This document shows positions 1 through 12,311 of a stretch of DNA of 64,000 nt, piece by piece. How positions within the stretch are numbered: the first letter of the stretch is position 1; the number at the start of each line of letters is the position of its first letter. The stretch is from assembly GCF_009914755.1 (NCBI RefSeq), contig NC_060935.1, one strand, 5' to 3'. Source of the stretch: the human T2T-CHM13v2.0 reference genome, Homo sapiens. The notes under the pieces were generated by a model, which saw only the letters and a program-made list of their open reading frames with translations, searched no databases and was not told the DNA's origin. Both the position numbers and the translations under genes were made by a program.

Positions 1-1639
1 ATATGCATCTGTGTGAGTACACATCTGTCTTCTCCGAGATTGCGAGTGCCTTGGGAAGAAGCACCGAGTGTTCTTCATCTCAGTCTCCCCTGTCCCTTGT
101 ACGGTGTCTGGCTGAAGCTAGAAAGTCAGAAAGTGCTGGTCAAATGAATAATTCATTGAGAATGGATGAATGGGCGTCCAGGACCCTTCCTCACTTTGAA
201 ATCTCTGTGGCAGTGGGTTACATAGGTTTAAGAACATTGATCAGAGTCTTGGCCTAGTTAAATTGATCTGATGGTCTCACCATCCAAACGGCACTTACCT
301 TCCAAAGCTGTGCTTTCTCTGAGAAGCTGTCTCCATTCCATCACTATGGAGGATCGTGCATGATGAAAAAGAGATACTAACAGGAAAACAGCATCAATCA
401 GTTGTGGAGCCTGAACCGAAGACCTGAGTGAGATGGATAAAGTGAGGAAGGAGATAAGGACCCCCCACCTGACCTGTCAGGCCAACCCTGGAGGTCAGTG
501 GAGTGAAAGATAAGACGGCCAGATTACTCACATCTGAGGGCAAACTCATTTAAAACTACAGTGGGCAAAGTTTAGGTTAGAGCAATTAATTCCCACAGGA
601 GGGTCCCAGAACTGGTAGCATGGAAGTCAGATCATAGGATTTCCTTTTCTGCAGTTCTTAGAGAGGCTACCACTTCTCTCCTCCTCCCCCCCAACCCCCA
701 CACCCTTCATCCATGTCAAGTATGTCAAGTGGCTGTGGGGCTATCCTTCCTGGAGGCAAAGGGAGAGAGGCTGGGACCTCCAGCAGCCAGGGCTTCTGGG
801 GCTCTCCCAGCATCCTGCTGCCAAGATACTGGGCAGACCACCAGGGACTGCCTTCTCCAAGTCCCCAGTCCAGGCACAGCGGTGTCAGTCATTAAAGCTC
901 ATTTCTTCCTGTTATTAGCAGAGACGAGTGTCATGTGCGGGGAGGTGAAGCGCGCTTTCTGGCTGTAATCCTTCCCTCCCCATGGCTGTGAGGCAGAGCC
1001 AGGTGCAGAAAGCAGCTGAATTAAACAAAGTCATGGAATAGGGGCAGAGAGGGACGGTGTAATAGGAAGGAAATGCTCACTCTGACAAAAGGAAATCAAA
1101 GCCCCAAATGATCCCGCAGGGAGGAAAGGTGAGCAGGAGGGAAATGAAATGGAAAAAACCAACAAATTGGAAATCGGGCACAGAGGTGGAGGGAAGGAAT
1201 TGGAATGCTCTCGTGCTGGGATGCAGCTCCCCAAAGAGCTGATCTCTCTGGAAAGGACCTGAGAGCCAACAGGTGTGCGTTGTATTTCCATGGAGTGAAG
1301 GTAGCTTGGTCTGCTGCCACTTCATCAGCAAAAAGGTGGCCCAAGCGGAGGCCTCTCCTGGCCTGTAATTCTTCCCTAGCAGCCACTGTAACCTGAAAAG
1401 ACTGGTTGATTCTCCTGCCAACAGTGATTTCCCGGTAAGGCTGTCTGGGAACCCTTGAAAACATTTCTCATCTTGGCATCGGTGAAAGTGCTGGTGGCCA
1501 GACATATCTGTACACACTGGAGGACAAAGAACCCAGGATGCAGGGTGGACTCCACCAAGCTCACACCTCAGTGGCTTACTGTCTTTTGAGGACAATGTCC
1601 CTGGGGATTCAGCAGTGTCCCATTTGGAAGACAAAAGTT

Positions 1640-1777
1640 CCGGTGGCTCATGCCTGTAATCCCAGCATTTAGAAAGGCAGAGGTGGGGGGATAGATTGAG
1701 CCCAGGAGTTCGAGACTTGCCTGGGCAACATAGTGAGACTCTTTTATCCACAAAAAGCAAAAAAAAAAAAAAAAAAA
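1640..1777 (+). mobile_element. Alu left monomer only (FLAM-like) with poly(A) tail
   Basis: CGGTGGCTCATGCCTGTAATCCCAGCA...CCCAGGAGTTCGAGAC...CTGGGCAACATAGTGAGAC runs straight into an A-tail. AAGACAAA is on both sides (1628-1635, 1776-1783) as a candidate TSD. Confidence 0.9.
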
Positions 1778-4369
1778 GACAAACTAAAAGGGAGTGTTCT
1801 TCCTAATAATATGTTTTTCTAGGCACAAGTCTCATCTCCTCCTCTGGAAAAGCCTGCCCTACACGTTCAGTCCCGATAAGTACTCCACCTCACCCCTCTA
1901 ATTTTCTATTAACCCCACCCCGCCCACACATACGCAGCCTTTTCACCCCTTCTGCCTTTTCAGCGTCCTTCACACTACTGAATCTCTGGCTTCCACCTCT
2001 GCCATTAGGAAGCTCTTCCTCCTCTTGCTCTCCACTTTCTCTTGCAAGTTGACCCAGCTTTCTCTGGAAGCCTCTGCACAGGCTACCTGGGCAGGCCCCA
2101 GCATCTGCACATGCTTCACTGCAGCCCTCTGGGCTCCTTTGTGAATGTCATTAAGTCTCTTTCTGGTGTTTCTTCCAGCCTGCCTTAATCTGAGGGCCCC
2201 ACACGAGCCGGCTCAGGCCTCCTCTTCCTTCGTACCTCCCTCGAAGCCTGGGATTCTGGGCAGTGAGTGCTCCAGCAGCTGACTGACTCCCATGGGTCTG
2301 AACACCACCAGCCAGACAAGGCTTTCAGCACTAAATGACATACTTTGGGGGCAGCAGCTGTGATGTCACCTTTATAAACCCACATGCTGGACTCGGAGCT
2401 GTCATATTGTCTACTAAATCCCTCAGAAGGAGGAAGTCTGAATCGAGATGGATTTCAAATGTTCGTTTCCAGTCAAACGGACTTAAAACTGTGCATGTGA
2501 GGAGGAGTTCAAGGAAGTCAGCCTTGTTCTCCTGGAGGAGAAGCCTCGGGGTTTCATGCTAGTCGCCTTTCAGCAGGAGCCAGGCTGTCGTGGAGGGGAG
2601 AGCTGAGACTCCATCCTGTTGCTCCATGGGGTAAAAGCAGAGCCAGTGTTTTTCAACCCAATGTGGACAGACTTCAGCTCAACAGAAGAAAAGCCAGGGA
2701 CCTTGAGACCCTCTGAGCATCCTGTAGCTGTAAGGGTATAAGTGAAACGTTGCCCAACTTGTAGAGGAGATTTAAACATGGAAAGGGGAGAGAAGAAGGC
2801 ACTGGAGGGGAGAGAAATGAGAGTGGACCAGATGGCCTTCAAACTCTTTCTAGCCCTGAAGAATCTGACCATTACTATAGAAAGAAAATGGCGCAAAACA
2901 GCAAGAGACTTCAAAGCCCCTGAGAACAATTGTCCTAATGATGGAAGTCTGGAGAGGACTCCAGAAGTCATTTTCTACAATCTCCCCATCCCCAGGCAGC
3001 CTTGCCCCACTGTGCATTTATCACCAGCCCAGAGATTTCCACTGGAGCTAGCTGGAATTTCTACAAGGCAGCAGCCAGAGGTGGTGGTGGGCTCTGTGGC
3101 AGCAGGTGGAGAGGAAAGGCTCTTTCTGGGCTGAGCATCAAGCTGGAAAAAACATTGCTGAAGACCCCACCACCAGCCCTCAGGTCTATTGCAGATGCAC
3201 CTCTCTGTGCTGGAGGGAGAGAGCTTGGCGAGGGAGCTCAGTTGGAAGCGGTGAAACAAGCATCATTCTATTGTTGAGCTGCCTCGCCAGCTGCTGACAA
3301 GGGAGGCTTTGCAGACAGACTGAACCTATGGAGAGATGAAAGTCGCTCAGATATAGACACACACACTCCCAGAGTTTCCTGTGCTTAAGCTGTTTGGAAG
3401 CTCCTGTCATACGCACCTCGAGCAAAGAGAAAGGAGGCGAGCGGGAATGACTGCTGGAAGTTGAGCATGTTCCCCAACGCTGGCGCTGCTCTGTAATTCT
3501 CCTCCTTCATTAAGGAAGCTTCCTTTCAAAATAATTGGGGAGTGGCATGACTCACAATCACAGTGCCTTCACTCCCCGAGGAACAAGAAGTTAATGGGCT
3601 TGCTGTAGGGTGACTAGGGGAATTTGCCCCTCGGTGGGGATCTTCCCAGACCCCCCGGGGACTGCCGCGTGCTAGCTAATGTGGGCCAGCACCAGTGTGA
3701 GGCCAGCCCTCTGAGCCTTGGAAGCATCTGGTGAGCTTTGTGCTCTCTGTGCAAGTGGTTGGCATCCTATAGGCATAACCGTAGGCTTTCAGAGTGGGCA
3801 CAGGCCAAATGTCCTCCCCATGGTGGAGATTAACCGGGCTGGGATCCCATTACAGGAGAGTCTGTGATGCTAGTTAACTCATGCTGGTTCATCTGCTCAT
3901 CTTGGCTCTGCTGTCACCTTCTCAGCCCCCTCCCTGTCTCCCTTAATTTGATCATCTTGGCCCCCTCCCCTGTCGGGGCTAGAGGCTGCCCCAGGTCCCC
4001 ATCCTCCCAGACTTACCTTCATCTCTGCTGATCACACAGCACACTCTGTGTCTTTTTATTTTCCTGCCTCATCCAGTAGGTTCTGAGATCCTTGAGGGTC
4101 CTCTCCACACTTTGTTAAACCAAGAATACAAATTGCTCAAAAGCAGGGCAGGGCTGGGTCCAGGGTGAGCAAGGAAGGCATCCAGGGTGCAAAATTCAAG
4201 GAGATACACACTCTCGGGCTTCCACAAGCCCAGGTGGGCCCCTGAGAATGAATGCCTCCTGAAAACACTGGAAAACACCAGGTTGGGCTCACTGGAGTCC
4301 TGGCCCTGGGGCACGGAAAAGGAAAGAATATTAATTGTTAAAAACCAACCATGTAGAGACACTACACTA

Positions 4370-4520
4370 TTTCACTGATCCTCAAAGTAATCCTGTAGAA
4401 TAGGTACTGACAGCTTCATTTACACATAAAGAAAATGAAGCTCGGTACAGTTTTGCACCTTGACAATAGTCCCAGAACTAATATCACAGACCCGGAACAA
4501 ACCCCAATCTTCCTAACGCG
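4370..4520. mobile_element. MIR SINE fragment
   Basis: Degenerate MIR core (ATCCTCAAAGTAATCCTGT...CATTTACACATAAAGAAAATGAAGCTC). Boundaries approximate. Confidence 0.6.
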
Positions 4521-6109
4521 GAGGCGCATCAGACTGCCTCCAGCAACCGTCCGCAGCTGCTGTCCCATGTCAGAGAAGAGTGCCTCTGAACGGGTGTCCT
4601 CTGAGGGGACAAAGGGCTTGGCCTCCTGGACATGAGGGTAGGTGGAGCTCTGCCCAATGCCCCCAAATCCTGACTCGGCAGGTGTGGCTGGGCCTGGGAA
4701 TATCTGTGTTTGCCAAGGTCCCTAGGAGGCGCCCATGCACCGTCTGGTGGTGGGGACGCTGCACTGCACCAACTTCCATGTAGGGCCAGAAAGTCCTCCC
4801 TTAGGGCCACCCTAACTCACAGGCCTTTCACTGCAGCCCCTCCCCTCTCACCCAGGCCTCCGCGGAGTCCCCCTGCAGGAGCTTCCTGCCCGGGGCTGTG
4901 CCGGCTGCCAAGTTGTGCTGCTGCCGGTGCTCGGATGGACCCCGGGGAGCAGCAGCCACTGCTCAGAGCAGTCTGTTTTGCCTGTTGCCGGAGGCTGGGG
5001 GGTGCAGGAGCAGCCCTGGAGGGGCTTGGCACTATCAGTGGCGGAGGGGTCTGTGTAGACTCAGAGACAGATGTGGCAGGCAAAGATGGGGGACTTTGTC
5101 AGCAGCCCTACTAAGCCTAGATAGTTCTGCGTCCCCAGGCCCCACCCCCCGGCTCCTGCCTTTACTCCTACACCCCCTTTCCACCAGCATCACCACTGAG
5201 GGGGGCAGCCCAGCCGGCTTCGGCACCAGACAGGCAACGGCAGGAAGCACAGAGGAAACACCAAGGGAGAACAGGTACCCAGGGCAGCCGGAGTGGGCCT
5301 CGCACACCCCCACAAGCAGAGTCCCTGCAGCAGCAGAGCCGTCGGTGGCATCAGGGCGGCCAGCTGTGCCCCAGGTTTCCAGAGTGGAGAGGAAAGGACC
5401 CCACACTCGGGATGGGCTCCAGGGTGCTGCGAGCAGCGGGTGGCCCCGCTTGGAGCCAATCTGCCTACCTGGAGCAACCTGCCTACCAAAGACCAGAGTC
5501 CCACCCAGGAAATCAGGCCCCAGAGAGGATGTACCCGCACCCTGCCAGCTGCTGCCACACTCATCACCTCTCTCTTGTGACTTAAGTCTTCAGGTCGCAG
5601 TTCTCAGCTGCCCTTCCTGCCCCACAGGCTGCCTCCAGCCCAAACTACACAGCTTCCAGAAAGCGTTCTCCTGCCCAGACCCCTGCCCCTTTGAACACAG
5701 GACAACCCCTCACCTGGCATCCCCGGGCACCCATGATCTGGCCCAGATCTCCTGGAGGGTTCACCACTGATCCTCCAACACAGCCACATCTTCCCATCTC
5801 CCGCCTACCTCCCCTGCCCCTTGGTTCTGCTCTTCATCTGCCCACATCTGACATATCTTCAGGATCCATTTCAAATCCTGCCTCTCCTCCTCTTCCTTCT
5901 CTTATCCCCTAAACCTTTGGCCTCCTGGAGCCCTTTGCCTGTGGCATTTGCATCACTCCCCATATACCCCAGACTAATCTATGAATTCCTTAAGGGCAGA
6001 GACAGAGCTGTCCTCAGCATTGTGCTTCCCTACACACACCAGCCTCTGCCATGCCCACAGCTCCTCCCACACACATGAAGCCATCAAGCCTCTTTCTTCA
6101 GAGGACCTC

Positions 6110-6380
6110 CACAGGCAGGAAGTCCTGCCTCATATCCAGCCCAATTCCACCCTGCTCAGGGATCATTTTCATTCCTCAGTGAAGATGGAGAGCAGTGGAT
6201 TATCTTCCCCTAAATAATAACCCTTCCTAGGCTTTCACACTATTATTAAATCACCTTTAAGCCACCTTTCTTCTTCAGGCTAAAGAATGCCAGTACTTTT
6301 CATGTTCCTTCAGAACGTGACTCTCTGCCCTGTAATTAGCTTGGCAATACTTTTGAATTCTCCCCAACTTCTCCACACCC
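6110..6380. mobile_element. L3/CR1 (or MIR3) ancient fragment
   Basis: CAGGAAGTCCTGCCTCATATCCAGCCCAATTCC and CTTTCTTCTTCAGGCTAAAGAATGCCAG resemble the CR1/L3 3' end. Highly degenerate. Confidence 0.45.
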
Positions 6381-6459
6381 AGAAAGAAGAAGTGCCTTGA
6401 GAGGGGACCAAAAGGAACTGTGTGGAGGGTCTACGATGTTCCAGGGATCACCCCTACTA

Positions 6460-6830
6460 CATTTAATCCTTCTAGCTTGCTGCTCTTCACCCCAATTTAC
6501 AGATGAGGAAACAGAGGCTCAATATGCTCAGCAGGGCTTCTCAACGTTAGCTGACATGTTGGTTCAGATGATTCTTTGTTGAGCAGGCGCTGGCTATGCC
6601 TTGTAGGACGTTTAGCAGCATTCCTGACCTCTACCCACTTGATGACAGCAGTAACTACCCCCCCCCCACAACACACACACACAGTTGTGACTACTAAATA
6701 TGTCTGCAGACATTGCCAAATGCCTTCTGAGTGTGAAATCACCTCCAGCTGAAAACCACTGGGTTAAAGGAATTTTGCAGAAATCAATCAACTTGTAAGT
6801 AACAGACACTAAATTCAGATCTGTCAGCTT
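6460..6830. mobile_element. MIR split by the MER20 insertion
   Basis: CCCCAATTTACAGATGAGGAAACAGAGGCTCA lies before the MER20 and GGTTAAAGGAATTTTGC...AAATTCAGATCTGTC after it. Confidence 0.65.
6532..6760. mobile_element. MER20 (hAT-Charlie non-autonomous DNA transposon)
   Basis: Termini CAGGGCTTCTCAAC and TGAAAACCACTG. Internal TGTAGGACGTTTAGCAGCATTCCTGACCTCTACCCACT...GACATTGCCAAATG is typical of MER20. Confidence 0.9.
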
Positions 6831-7829
6831 CAAATAATTTTCTTACTTCTACCCCCATACAACCTCCTAAGACAAAGTCTCATCTGAGAAAGTAATAGGA
6901 AAATGTCACTATGTTTTCCACTTTTATCACTCCTTACCCCAACATTTAATCTTCTATATGTGTCACTGGGATCAACTCATAGATGATTCTGCTCCGAGTC
7001 TAACCCACACTCTCCAAGTTTACCCACACTCAATTTGAAAGCATTAGCTTGGGTGCACCGTAACCACAGGAACTTTCTTTTTTCCAATCAATTGCTCAGT
7101 ATCACTTATTTCAGGCCTGCTGCAGAGAACTAGCAGAGAAAATGGAGAACAGACCCTCCTCCTCCAAGAGCAAAAGGTCCAACTTGGGAGCCGGGGATAC
7201 ACATGAGGAGTTCTAACAGTTACTGACAAATGCACAGACCATTCTTGCACAATTCCCAGCAGGCTATCAGAAAGCAGGAACACTGAGTCCACTGAGCAGT
7301 TGCTTAGACTAAAGATGCCAAGCAGTCAGTGCAAGGAGTTAGCTAAGACCAGCCTGTGGCAAGGTGGAGATGCTGCCATCAACCGAAGCAGATGAATGTT
7401 GTGGACTGCACGTCGTGACGGGGACATGTGTGCTGATGGGATGCAGGGTAAGGGAACCAGGTGTCCACTTGCTGCCGTTGCTATTTCTGTGCTCCAGACC
7501 AGCCTGGGGAACTGAGCTCTGCTCTGAAGCAGGCTCCTACTCCCCTTCCACCTCCTATTCCAGGTGTCAAGGGTGGGAAAAACATACCAGGTTGGAACAT
7601 CTTGAACTTCCCACCGGTTGTTCCAGGCATTCGTCCGAAGCCACGTCAGGCCTAATGCAGTTCCTTCATCTCTATACACCTGCCAAATCTGATTTATTCT
7701 TCAATATTTGCTTAAATGCTGCTTCCCCCTTCTCTCCTTCAGTCCCCACCACCCACTCTCTACTCTGGCCAAATCAGTCTGCTGATCTTATCCCATCACA
7801 ATTTCCTATTAACATTCCTTTTTCTTATT

Positions 7830-8280
7830 TATTCTTTCAACATATGGCTTTTCAGACTCTACTCTGTACCAGGCACTCTTCTACAAAGCTGCTGTAACTG
7901 CTGCATCCTCAGTACCTGGAATAGTGCCTGGTGCAGAGTAGAGGGAGACACTGACATTCTGGTCATGATTTCCATCTGTGCTTTGGCCTCACACACTGCA
8001 TCTTAAACTTTAAAAACTCAGCCTTTGCTTCAGCCTTAGGTCATACCTCACCTCTTCCATGGAGCCCTCCTTCAACTCAAGCAGGGTCGGTCACTCCTCA
8101 TGCTGGACTTTACTGTGAGCCATGCAGTTGATGCGTATCAAACATGACATTTTCTTCTCTTTCTGTGTCTGTCCTCTCTCCCAATGTAAGATCCCAGGAG
8201 GGTGAGGACTCGTCTGTTTCGCCTGTATGGTTCTGAAGCACCCAGCAGAGTTTTGCCACAGATAAATAATAACAGCATGT
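7830..8280. mobile_element. L2 fragments
   Basis: L2 3'-end-like text (CTACTCTGTACCAGGCACT; ATGTAAGATCCCAGGAGGGTGAGGAC...TGTTTCGCCTGTAT). Approximate. Confidence 0.5.
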
Positions 8281-8499
8281 TAGGAAAAAATAACAACTAG
8301 CATTCATTGCATGCTTATAAAGGACCAACTACTGTTCAAGATACTTAATAAGTATCAGCTCACTTGATCCTGACAACAAGCCTATGGGGTTGGTAGGAGC
8401 TCATGCAGGAAGCACAAACACAGGTGGAGGTGGCTACAGTGGCAGTGGCGGTGGCAGCAGAACTGATAATACCATGTGCCAGGATGAGCAGAGCCGGTG

Positions 8500-8776
8500 G
8501 GTTACAGAACGTGGGCTTTGGAGGAAGACCTGGATTGGAGGCCTGGCTCCATCATCTATCAGCCAGGTGACCTTGGGCAAGTGACTTCTCTTCCCTTGGC
8601 TTCATTTCCTTCACTATAAAATGAGGATAATTCCAGCACCCGCCTCACAGAGCACAGAGGTGTGTGACAACTCTATGAGCTGTGCAGACCACGCACCTCC
8701 AGCACAGAGCCTGACATTGGTCTCAACAGTCAGCAGATGGGAGTGTTTGCTGTTGTTATTGTTGTTGTTATTATTG
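8500..8776 (+). mobile_element. MIR with (TTG/TTA)n tail
   Basis: GTGACCTTGGGCAAGTGACTT...CATTTCCTTCACTATAAAATGAGGATAAT is the MIR core. Confidence 0.75.
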
Positions 8777-10139
8777 TATCCCCCTTCCAAGAATCACCCA
8801 CACCTGTTTTCTGTTCCATCCTGCCTCAGCTTCCCATCCCCCGATTACCCTCCTTCCACATCCTCAATCAGGTAGAGGAAAATCTGAGTGCAATATACTG
8901 AGAAGACACTCTTCAGTCACTACCTTATTCCTCCTCTTCCAACAAATGAGCCCTGAAACAAATAGATCCCAGATGTCACGACTTATGTATAAAAACCCAG
9001 GACCTTGGGACCAGAGAGGGAATGGAAGCTCTGCTTGGGTGCTGAGAGAGCACTGAGGACTCAAAGATATGCAAATCCAAGGGGGCAGCTCAGGAAGCCG
9101 GGCTACATGTGAGATTGTTATCATCTCTTTTCTGCTACTGCAGCGATGATGATCGGCTGAGCTCTTTCATTAGAAATCTGATGCTGCTGTTGAAAAAAAA
9201 AAAGAGAGAGAGAGAGAAATACACAGCAGCCTCAAAATGTGGGCACAAAGCGGTCTCCTGGGGAAAGCAGCTTTATTTGTGTCGGCTACGAGTACTAAGG
9301 TCCTGTTCATCCGCTGTTTATTTGTGCTGTTTTGTTCCCCAGCACATGACCTTTATTCCATCCACGTTTTGCAGGGTACCAGGAGTGCTAAACTCTTTGC
9401 ATTTCTCCTGCATTTACAGCAGTTGGGATCTATGGCAGCCTCCTTCTTCCTGGCTTTCATCTCTGCATCCCTCCATTTCTGCCTGCAGCAGTGAAGCATC
9501 AATTATACACTCCAATTATGTGATTACACATATTTTCACTAATTAATAATTCTTGCCACTCATCCTGCCAACTCCCATTGGAGGGCTTCAGAGGGCACTG
9601 GAGAGGATAACTCACAGCTCTGCCACCTGGGAGGGAATGAGCAAGGCCTGAAGAATTCCTGATATGAAAGGGAAACTGAGGCACCACAAGGTACTTCCTT
9701 GTGACAGAGGCAACCACTGAATCCAAGACTTGCCTTTGTCTTGATAGGGGATTTGCTTGAGCAAATAGATCCATTTGATGTTGCTGCTGCCTGAAGAGGT
9801 GGCAGGAAGAAGAAAGTAGTTTAGCCCAGGGGTAGCACTTTGTAGGTGTTAAATTGGCTATCATTAAGGCTCAAATTTCTTCTTACTTATAGAAATCTGG
9901 ATTTTGGGGGTTACATACCATAGTGTGTCCTCCCCTCTTGAGACTCAGTAGCATGCTGTGAAGAAAAGTTACTCTGTGATTTGGATAAAAACATAGCTCT
10001 GTTCCCCAGAGTCATACAGGAATGAGAAGGCTGAGGCCTGGGAGGTGACCCAGTCCAGCCTACTCCATTTTCAGAGACAGAGGCTTGAAACCCAGTGCCA
10101 TTAAAAATGACAAGCACACCTCAATCTTATGTCCGTTGT

Positions 10140-10280
10140 CAAATTTAATCATCAAAACAATACCGTCGGGTAAATTTTACTGCCCTCATGTTACAGAGGA
10201 AGCTGAGGTCTAAAGAGTGACTTGCCCAAGGTCACACAGCTTATAGACAGAACTGTGACTAAGCCTAGGTTTCAGAACAT
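10140..10280 (-). mobile_element. MIR fragment
   Basis: TTACAGAGGAAGCTGAGGTCTAAAGAGTGACTTGCCCAAGGTCACACAGCT. Confidence 0.75.
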
Positions 10281-10354
10281 CCCAAAACCAACACCGTTTT
10301 GATTGTGTCATGTTGAGAATACAGCCAATTAGTGGCAGAAGACTCCAGCACTTT

Positions 10355-10412
10355 GACGCGTATGACAAATCCGTGAGCTCTTGGACGCGTATGACAAATC
10401 CGTGAGCTCTTG
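10355..10412. repeat. Perfect 2 x 29-bp tandem duplication
   Basis: GACGCGTATGACAAATCCGTGAGCTCTTG at 10355-10383 and 10384-10412. Confidence 0.97.
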
Positions 10413-10883
10413 GAGTAGAAGATAAGCCAATCTGACAAAGGGAACAAGACATTCCACACTTAAGTTGAGTCTTCCTGAAGCCAAATTTCACTTTCATTGA
10501 TGCAGTCAGACAAAAGTCCTAGTCATTGAAAAAAAATCAATCAAAGCAGTTTTCAGATGCAGCAGACTGGTCAATTGCTGGAGCTGATCAGTTCAGGTCA
10601 AACAGGTCATGCAGACTGAGTTAAAGCCATGATGCCGGCAGGCTGAGTGATGTCAAGGTTATGTCTCCACACCCAACGGCAGAAACCTCGCTCAACTTGG
10701 TCCAACCATCAGTTCATGCGCCCTCTTCTCCCACTTCCCCGCTGCATGGGGCCACAGTCAGCAGAGAGATCTGGGCATGTTTGTGTACCTCAGCCCCACT
10801 CCCACCACAATGGGGAGACAGAAGGTCAGGACCTGTTTTATACTGAGTCTGCTGCCAAGGGCAAAGTTGGCTTCAGTGGACTT

Positions 10884-10953
10884 AGGCAGGTTCAGAACTT
10901 ATACCCAGGAGAAAGGCTTATACCCAGGCAGGCTCAGAACTTATACCCAGGAG
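10884..10953. repeat. Complex short direct repeat
   Basis: AGGCAGG(T/C)TCAGAACTTATACCCAGGAG at 10884-10911 and 10926-10953. CTTATACCCAGG occurs three times. Confidence 0.93.
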
Positions 10954-11294
10954 CAAGCAAACCTAATGAAAGGAGATGCATCTCCAGGTCTGCCACTCTA
11001 TCAAGCCTCCACCCCACAGGTACCTGGCCTGCAGGGGAGGCAGCCTCCAGCCACACCCTGAACCATTTGCATCACACGAACAGGTCTGAATCCTGCCTGT
11101 CACTTTCCCCAGCTGCCTAGTTCTGGAAAAAATGACAGAATCCCAGCATTCCACATTCAGCTCAGAGATTGGATGTGAGCTCTCTGGCAGCTTTTTATCA
11201 GTCCTTTTCATAGAACTGACTTGCTAGACTGTGTATTAATTTTCTGTATAATCTTCTATTGACTCTTAGAAGTTGGGAGAGTTGGTATTAAGAT

Positions 11295-12135
11295 GCTATG
11301 ATGCACAAAAAGATATACAAATGGCCAATAAGTACATGAAAAGACGTTCAACATCTTTAGTCATCAGGGAAATGCAAATTAAAAGTACAATTAGATGCCA
11401 CTACCCACTCATTAGATGGGCTAAAATTTTAAAGAATGAAATTACAAATGTTGGCAAGGATGGGGAGCACTGTGTACGTCCTGCATGGCTCCTTTAGGTG
11501 GACTCTCCTACATTGCTGGAGGGAGCAGAAAATGGTGCAAAAACCACTTTGGCAAAATAGGCCCATTCTTAAAATGTTAAACATAACACTTCTCTTAAGA
11601 CCTAACGATTCCACTGCTCAATATTTACCCGAGAGACGCGAAAACATATGTCTACATAAAGACTCATACATGAATGTTCATAGCGAGTTTATTTGTAATA
11701 CCCCCAGCTGGAAGCAACCCCAATGCCCATCAATAGCAGGTGAATGGATAAATAAATCCTAGCATAGCTATACAATCAATGGAATATTACTCAGGAGAAA
11801 AAGGAACAAACTACTAAATGCAACAAAATGGATGAATTTCAAAAAAAAATACACCAAGTAAAAGAAGACAGACACAAAAGAGTATATATTATATGATTTC
11901 ATTTATATAAAACTCTAGAAAAGAGAAATCTAATCTATAGCGACAAGAAAGTACATCAGTGATTGCCTGGGACCATGAGTCGTGGGGAGATTGAGTAGGA
12001 CTGAGTACCAGGGAAGCCAGGGGGTAATGGAAATGTTTATATCTTGATTGTGGTGGTGGTTACATAAGGGAAAACATCTGTCAAAACTCACTGAGCTCTA
12101 CACACATAAAATAGGTCTATAAATTATACTTCAGT
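11295..12135 (+). mobile_element. Old L1M (L1MB/ME-type) 3' fragment: end of ORF2 plus 3'UTR
   Basis: AAGATATACAAATGGCCAATAAGTACATGAAAAGACGTTCAACATCTTTAGTCATCAGGGAAATGCAAATT. The ORF-track peptide DIQMANKYMKRRSTSLVIREMQIK is L1 ORF2 C-terminal sequence. Confidence 0.9.
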
Positions 12136-12279
12136 CGAGTTGGGGAAATGCCACGTATAAGACTATTACAAACAACCTTAATTTTGGATTTAGAGAAACA
12201 CCTTTAAATTAATAACATTTAAATCTAACCCAAATTTGTAATTAAAAGAACAAATGTCAAAAAAAAATTAAAAGAAGAA

Positions 12280-12311
12280 TACACACACACACACGCACAC
12301 ACACACACACA
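12280..12311. repeat. (CA)n microsatellite
   Basis: Alternating AC run of about 30 nt with one G interruption. Confidence 0.95.

Noticed and set aside
1077-1760. 227-aa minus-strand ORF
   Set aside because: It starts inside an antisense Alu monomer, and the remainder resembles no protein I recognise.
4710-5770. Overlapping ORFs up to 290 aa in GC-rich DNA
   Set aside because: The longest has a non-ATG start. The peptides are Pro/Ala/Ser/Gly-biased with no recognisable domain, and ORFs are open on both strands, as expected from stop-codon scarcity. CpG density is only moderate, so I do not call a CpG-island promoter either.
10355-10953. CRISPR-like short repeats
   Set aside because: Eukaryotic DNA, only 2-3 copies, no unique spacers and no cas genes.
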